The translations under genes and the position numbers were made by a program. This document shows, piece by piece, positions 58,527 through 64,000 of a stretch of DNA of 64,000 bases (its first letter is position 1; every line of letters begins with the position of its first letter). The stretch is from a virus (Duplodnaviria > Caudoviricetes): IMG/VR virus record IMGVR_UViG_3300021399_000002, positions 96,001 to 160,000 of that record; one strand, given 5' to 3'. The notes under the pieces were generated by a model. The model made no database searches, was not told the origin of the DNA, and saw only the letters and a list, made by a program, of their open reading frames with translations.

Positions 58527-59016
58527 TAATCTAATACTGCATAGTATAGCCGCCAATTTGTGAAGTAAAAACTGTTCTATCAGCCCGTACAAATTGTAAA
58601 GTTCCAATTCCTGCCATCTATGCTCCATTGAATATGTTATCAATGCGTTCCATAATTAAGTATGGCCGCAAAGAATGCTCATTTAAAACCCATTCATCAT
58701 AAGGACAAGCTACTTCGACACCAATTGTATCTATCTTATAATCTGGGTTTATTACATTGGTAATAAAACTATTAAATAATACTACTACATATGAAGTTTT
58801 TTCTGTACTATCATCCCATATTTTAGGAGTAATCATAATCTATTTATTTAATAGTAATATCCCATCTACTTCTTCGTATTTTTCATCAAAAGGATCCCGT
58901 ACCTAATATTTTAATAGACGACAAAGTTCTCTATCTTTCATAAGCTTATTTGCCATATTAAATGCATTATTACCCATTACAGCAAATCTGCGCTAAGTAG
59001 GTCGTTCTATTGCCAT
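58513..59016 (-). CDS. Putative tail terminator/completion protein; several TAG
   Basis: GAGGTGAG RBS; LCRLLKY...LRPYLIMERID; position upstream of the tail genes. Confidence 0.55.
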
Positions 59017-59026
59017 TTATCTCACC

Positions 59027-60247
59027 TCACCATAAAGGAATAATCTCTACAGTTTTGGTATATTCCTTACCCTAATAAGTAGCAATTAAAATAACCTTTC
59101 CTAATTTATTTTTATCATTTGCATGAAGTACATATATTTTATTATTATTAGAATCTACGTCCTCTTTAATAGTTGCATAATCATAAGTTTTTTGATTCTT
59201 TTGAATACTTATTTCTGCATTTATAATATTTTCATCAGCTTTTAAAACATAAGTTCCATAGCGATCTAATTTAATATTATCTGGCCCATCAATATAAATC
59301 AAAGATGGTTCATCTTTAGGATAAATAGTAACTTCTACTTCATGTTCTACAGCAGGCCGATTTTTTAATTGCATTTTAATTATACACTATCCTGGCGCGA
59401 TAGCATTAAAATTATCATCAATAAAATCACAATCATCCGGTTTGATTAAATTAATTTCCCACTAATTCAATGTGTCTTCTTCGAATTTAGGAACAATCTA
59501 TTCGCCCACCTTATATAATGTTGGTAATGCTGGAAATTTATATCTATCAGTATCAGCAACATCTATATCCCTATCATCATACTAATAATTGACTTTACTT
59601 TCTGTTAATGAAATATAAATAATTCCTTCTACACTAGTCCAGTCACACTCAATAACTATCCATCCTTCATTTTCAATAATAAAAGTAACTCCTCTCATTA
59701 ATTCATTATAATCCTCACTATTTTTTCTAAAAATAGGTCTTGGCATAATAATTTCTGCAAACTTATTTGGCTATGGAGAAATCAAAGAATGCCACATTCT
59801 AAAGTTACTTTTAATTTTACTATCTACAGAACTTACAGCATAAGCCCAAGACTTGCGTAAATATCCATCTGTATCAATCCATTTTAATTCATAATTACAT
59901 TTAACCATCTAAAATGTCTAATACTATTCATGTACTTTATGTATTTTCTATAATAAAAGCCATTTTTCAATAGCTCCATTATCCTATCTCCATGTTACTA
60001 TATCACCAACTACTATAGGTATATCATTGGCAACATATAAATACATAATTTTCTGTTCTTCTTTATCTTTACTTGTCTAAATAATCCCACTAAAATAATA
60101 TCCACGTTCGACAGATAAATCAGTAACAGTAAATGGAGATTGAGCCAGCCATTTTTCAAAAGCTACAATCCCACTATTATTAATTCTTTCAGCTATTGTC
60201 TCTCCAAAGTGATTCACACGGGAAAAATAAACATCAAGATAATTCAT
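59027..60247 (-). CDS. Putative head-closure/neck protein with Ig-like C-terminus; several TAG
   Basis: MNYLDVYFSR...; IYIDGPDNIKL Ig-like end; frame continuous under read-through. Confidence 0.55.
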
Positions 60248-60569
60248 CTGGTATTGTTAATCCACCAACTAGATTGATACACTCAAAAATATTTTTTCTA
60301 AAATACTCATATGATAAATATCGTAAAAGTGCAACTTTTCCTAGTAGTGGCCACCAATTGATAGAATTTGCCCCAAGACCTAGTAATTCAATTAAAATTG
60401 AATCTAAAAATTTTTCCCATTCTCCATCTTTTTCTCTTTCGCAAAGTAATCCGTAAAAGCGGCCTTTAAGTTTACTTTTATAACTATCAAAAGTTATTTG
60501 AGTAAACTTGTCGCTTCCCTGCCAGTTTTCTAAATATTTCTGAAGGGGTTTTTCCACGCGATCTGTCAT
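60234..60569 (-). CDS. Hypothetical neck-region protein
   Basis: ORF; start uncertain (83-nt overlap with the upstream gene). Confidence 0.55.
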   Translation of the reverse strand: MTDRVEKPLQKYLENWQGSDKFTQITFDSYKSKLKGRFYGLLCEREKDGEWEKFLDSILIELLGLGANSINWWPLLGKVALLRYLSYEYFRKNIFECINLVGGLTIPDELS

Positions 60570-60990
60570 ATATATCCTACTATTCTTCGACCTCTCGCAT
60601 CACATTTGCTTCAAGGTCATTCAATTTATCTAAATGATTTGCGGCAGAGAAATCTTTGGAGGTATAAAGCTATCCAATATGTTCCCAACTAGCGACGCAT
60701 CTTTTTACCCACTCATGTTTCATATATACAGCAAGTAACTAAATTTCATCGTTAGTTAAATCTTCTACAAACTAATATATTTTAAACTAAGGAGCATCAT
60801 CCGTACTATCGACATTAGATACTTCTTCAAAATCTAAACTCACACGAGGATACTTAAAGCGAGCAATGGCCATTTTGAGAAGTTCTTGCCAGTCTCGTTC
60901 TACGATGGCTAACTCTTCTTCTAATGTCCATTCATCAGCAGTTATTCGCGCGAGAAAAGCATCATAAACCTTTAAGAAGGGCGTTGCCAT
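60487..60990 (-). CDS. Putative head-tail adaptor; several TAG including a tandem TAG-TAG
   Basis: MATPFLKVYDAFLARITAD...KDFSAANHLDKL; follows the capsid genes. Confidence 0.6.
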
Positions 60991-60996
60991 TTTTCA

Positions 60997-61437
60997 TCAC
61001 TTCTCTTCTGCGTCGTGCTTCACGGCAATAGCCTAAATTACATCAACATCGCAGTATCTTTTAATTAGGGCTACAATGCCCGCATTGGTAATTTTATGTT
61101 CTACAGCAAGAGTAACAGCACTTTCTTTTTCCGCATCAGTTGCATGTGGAATAAATTTAGCAAATGCGGTTACATCACCTTTAACTAGCATTTTTTCAAT
61201 TTCAGAAGCTTCAAATACATTTTCAACAACTTCTACCTGCTGCTCTTCTTCAACACCAGTAATTTTAATATAATGTCCATTTACTAGGGACATAAAACCT
61301 GGATCAAAGGTCAACTCTTCATATTCTTCCTGTGATACAGGAATTTCACGTCCCGGCATTAATTCACGATTAAAACGAATGGCCGGTAAATATAACGAAA
61401 TTAAACTCGTACTAACATTCTTAATTTTAATACTCAT
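60997..61437 (-). CDS. Hypothetical head-associated protein; one TAG
   Basis: GGAGG RBS; read-through to TGA 60997. Confidence 0.65.
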
Positions 61438-61458
61438 AATGAATCCTCCTTTTATCTC

Positions 61459-61500
61459 CAAAAAAAGAATCATGGGAGGGAGAGAAATCTCCCTCCCATT
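61459..61500 (-). terminator. Terminator after the major capsid gene
   Basis: ATGGGAGGGAGA/TCTCCCTCCCAT stem with a T-run on the minus strand. Confidence 0.8.
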
Positions 61501-61507
61501 ATATTAA

Positions 61508-62614
61508 TTATCCTTGAATTTCATTATTGGCTACAATGCTAGCATTTTCGGTTTCCCAACCGCTACCCTGAGATAGAGCAGCATTGTAGTAAATTCCCCA
61601 ATAATTAGGAGTAGTGAATAGACCTACACCAACTTTTACATAACCCTGTAGAGTGAAGCTATTGTCGCCCTCATGGTCATCCCATTCACGGAAGTAAGGA
61701 GATCCTTCGAAAGCCATCTTAATGATCTTTTCCTTACCAGCAGGTAGGACATAAGCAAAAGCAGGATTAAACTGTAACTTAGTATTGGTTTCATCAGTCC
61801 AAGACTGTGGCATTACAACAACTGGTACGCCCTGGAACTTGCCGATATAGCCGCGTTCACGGATATCAATCATATCCTGATCAGAAATCTTACCACCAAC
61901 CCAACTTGGATTAGCATTGCTATAAACGATAGCATTTACCATTTCAGCTGCAAACTCAGGAGTACAATAAATAATTGGGCTGCCATAAGGAGCAACGGTA
62001 TTGCATAGTTTCTTCATAGCAATAGGATTGAACTGATTGGTTGCAACCTTGTTGCGAGCGGGACGGCCTGCGGCGTTCCAAGAATTTAGTAAGCAACCCT
62101 GTACCATTTCAAATAGACGGTCAACAATACCTTCCTGGATAACTTCATAAATATCAGTCATGGATTCTAGACCATCAAGATAACGCTCAAAGTCTACATA
62201 TCCAGCGCCGCCAATAGCCTGAATGTATAGATCGAAACGATCATGATCTAGACGGAAGGTCTCATAGTTACCAGATTCAGTAGCACGAGTAACGAACTGC
62301 TTACCACGAATCTTGCCACGAACTACGCGGAACTCTGGGCGCTGACCCTGAGCATAATTCTTTACTTCAACAAACATATCAAGAGCACTCTTGACATTCT
62401 GTGGTAGAACTTCCTGTAGATTTTCTTCTAATAGTTCAAATACATCTTCTTTATTACGATTGAAGACGTGACGATTGAAGTGTACGCCATCCTTTGTCAT
62501 TAGCTTAGCTAATTCATCACGGAGAGCAGCTTCGTAATCATAATTTTCTGCTGCAAATTCAGCAGGAACGGCACGACCAAATACGCCGTTCATTAACATA
62601 TGTAGCTTATTCAT
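61508..62614 (-). CDS. Major capsid protein
   Basis: ~368 aa; GGAGG RBS; GYIGKFQGVPVV HK97-like segment; follows scaffold and decoration genes; own terminator; no TAG. Confidence 0.8.
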   Translation of the reverse strand: MNKLHMLMNGVFGRAVPAEFAAENYDYEAALRDELAKLMTKDGVHFNRHVFNRNKEDVFELLEENLQEVLPQNVKSALDMFVEVKNYAQGQRPEFRVVRGKIRGKQFVTRATESGNYETFRLDHDRFDLYIQAIGGAGYVDFERYLDGLESMTDIYEVIQEGIVDRLFEMVQGCLLNSWNAAGRPARNKVATNQFNPIAMKKLCNTVAPYGSPIIYCTPEFAAEMVNAIVYSNANPSWVGGKISDQDMIDIRERGYIGKFQGVPVVVMPQSWTDETNTKLQFNPAFAYVLPAGKEKIIKMAFEGSPYFREWDDHEGDNSFTLQGYVKVGVGLFTTPNYWGIYYNAALSQGSGWETENASIVANNEIQG

Positions 62615-62628
62615 AAGTCGCACCTCCA

Positions 62629-63258
62629 TTATAGTTTGATAATCTGATACTTAACGCCCTTTCCGCCATTAGGAATGGTGTAATATTTAGTTACACGAGC
62701 ATAGATACCAGACTGTGGTTTAGTTTTAGTTAGCTGTGGAACAGCCTTATTTACGCTACCCTGAGCAACGCCAGGTACTACATAAAGAGCATTAGCAGCT
62801 AAGGATAGATCCTTTTCAAGAGCTTCCCATAGTTTAGCTTCAGTAGCGAATTCAGATTCATCATACTGTAAGCAGTTAGTAGTTACAGTATCACCTACGC
62901 CTAATAGACCAACACGAGGATAATCCCCAGCGATCTTGCGGCCAAAACGTTGTAGACCATAGTGTTCACGATCATATTCTTTTTCAGTAGTATAAACAAT
63001 ACCAATAGGGGCATCAGTTGCAGCGGCGGGTGGATTGATAGCGCCAGCGGCCTTGTCAGCAACGACCCACATACCATTCTCACAAGGAGCGGCCTTTGTA
63101 AAAGCGTCTCCGAGAGGAGTCTGGGAAACTACCATACCAGTCTTTGGGAATGCTACCTGGTTTAGTTCTAGGCTGGCATATAGCTTTTCATCGGGATCGC
63201 GATGCTGGTCAACTAGATCGCCCACAACATTGGTAATAGGAAATCTTTTCATTGCCAT
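62629..63258 (-). CDS. Capsid decoration/cement protein
   Basis: LELNQV...ENGM...PRVGLLGVGD; between scaffold and MCP; no TAG. Confidence 0.6.
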   Translation of the reverse strand: MAMKRFPITNVVGDLVDQHRDPDEKLYASLELNQVAFPKTGMVVSQTPLGDAFTKAAPCENGMWVVADKAAGAINPPAAATDAPIGIVYTTEKEYDREHYGLQRFGRKIAGDYPRVGLLGVGDTVTTNCLQYDESEFATEAKLWEALEKDLSLAANALYVVPGVAQGSVNKAVPQLTKTKPQSGIYARVTKYYTIPNGGKGVKYQIIKL

Positions 63259-63271
63259 AAGTTATTCCTCC

Positions 63272-64000
63272 TTAATTCTTGCGATATTTTTCCATAAATA
63301 ACGCGAATTCATCAACAACGGGTTCTGGTAGTGGAACTACTTTGTTGTCAGCACTGCCAGCCATGTGTTTTTTAGCATAGCAAATTGCGAGTTTGCTTTC
63401 CAATTCATCTAAAGAAAAATTATTTATATTTTCACGAATTGGGCTAATTTCTTCCTCAGTTAAATCAGTTGCGTACTGTTCAATTAAGGAATTTTTTTGT
63501 TCTACTTCTAAACGAGTGCGCTCGGCTTCATAGGTAGCAATCTCATTACGCAAGGTAGCTTCAGTCTCAGACGCGGATGTTATCTGGGCCTCAAGTTCTT
63601 GAATACGAGTTTGAGCATTCTCATAATTAGTAGTCATTTCATTTAATTGATTTTCAAGCTCAGTAATGCGAGCTTCAAAATCTGGTGCGGGTTCGGCCGC
63701 GGGTTCAGGCTCCGTAGCAGCTGGTTCTGCGGGTTCTGCCGCAGGTTCAACTGGTTCAGCAGCAGGTTCTTCAGCAGCAAAATTTTCTGCTGGTTCTGCG
63801 GCTGGCTCTGCAGCTGGTTCAGCCGCAGGCTCAACTGGAGCTACTGGCTCCTGATTTACAGGTTCTTCCTGTACAGGAGTGGGTTCATTTACTTCGGGAT
63901 TTACAACATTTTCCATTTGATGTTCCCCTCCTTCTTTTGGTTGTTTTTCAGCCTCTTCAACTTTAGCTTTCAAATCCGCCAATAGAGAAGAGAACTTTTC
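63272..64000 (-). CDS. C-terminal scaffold region of a prohead protease/scaffold protein (partial)
   Basis: Frame open to the window edge; EPAA repeats and coiled coil; internal AAGGAGG-ATG start at 63916. Confidence 0.65.
   Translation of the reverse strand, partial: EKFSSLLADLKAKVEEAEKQPKEGGEHQMENVVNPEVNEPTPVQEEPVNQEPVAPVEPAAEPAAEPAAEPAENFAAEEPAAEPVEPAAEPAEPAATEPEPAAEPAPDFEARITELENQLNEMTTNYENAQTRIQELEAQITSASETEATLRNEIATYEAERTRLEVEQKNSLIEQYATDLTEEEISPIRENINNFSLDELESKLAICYAKKHMAGSADNKVVPLPEPVVDEFALFMEKYRKN

Noticed and set aside
33109-61437. Decayed prophage or mass pseudogenisation of the structural region
   Set aside because: The interruptions examined are all TAG in a single frame, with no frameshifts and with intact RBSs and motifs. 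Recoding explains the pattern.
33660-63985. Plus-strand and off-frame ORFs in the virion arm (e.g. 34985..35320, 41280..41594, 63666..63854)
   Set aside because: Shadows of the long recoded minus-strand genes or of the scaffold repeats
1-64000. Suppressor tRNA, release factor, integrase or lysis genes
   Set aside because: None recognised in this window. They may lie elsewhere in the genome, and a tRNA could be missed by eye.

Overview
The window is part of a large, AT-rich tailed phage genome. It is probably a siphovirus with an SPbeta-like virion module and a Bacillota host, likely Clostridia given the cell-wall-binding repeats. It uses an alternative genetic code in which TAG is read as an amino acid, almost certainly Gln (code 15), so the supplied standard-code ORF track is badly fragmented. 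The + strand (1-33068) carries early and replication genes: an XRE regulator, a wHTH initiator with a 22-bp iteron array, many small Zn-ribbon proteins, gyrB/gyrA-like topoisomerase subunits with an endonuclease-methyltransferase pair between them, SSB, an AAA ATPase, a DnaB-like helicase split by a group I intron carrying a GIY-YIG endonuclease, primase, RecJ, DnaE, anaerobic RNR nrdD/nrdG coupled to a formate-nitrite channel, a membrane-anchored GIY-YIG nuclease, dUTPase and a RuvC-like resolvase. The - strand (33109-64000) carries virion genes: protease/scaffold, decoration protein, major capsid, head-tail proteins, major tail protein plus a paralog, a ~5012-aa tape measure protein, Dit, and a ~1941-aa tail tip protein ending in a Hint (intein-like) domain. 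The two arms converge on a bidirectional terminator at ~33070-33110. TAG use is strongly stratified: absent from core replication and high-copy virion genes, dense in several nucleases and low-copy tail proteins. No tRNA or release-factor gene was seen in this window. Extents of the very long recoded ORFs were inferred from frame consistency of the fragments plus spot translation, not from a full codon-by-codon check.
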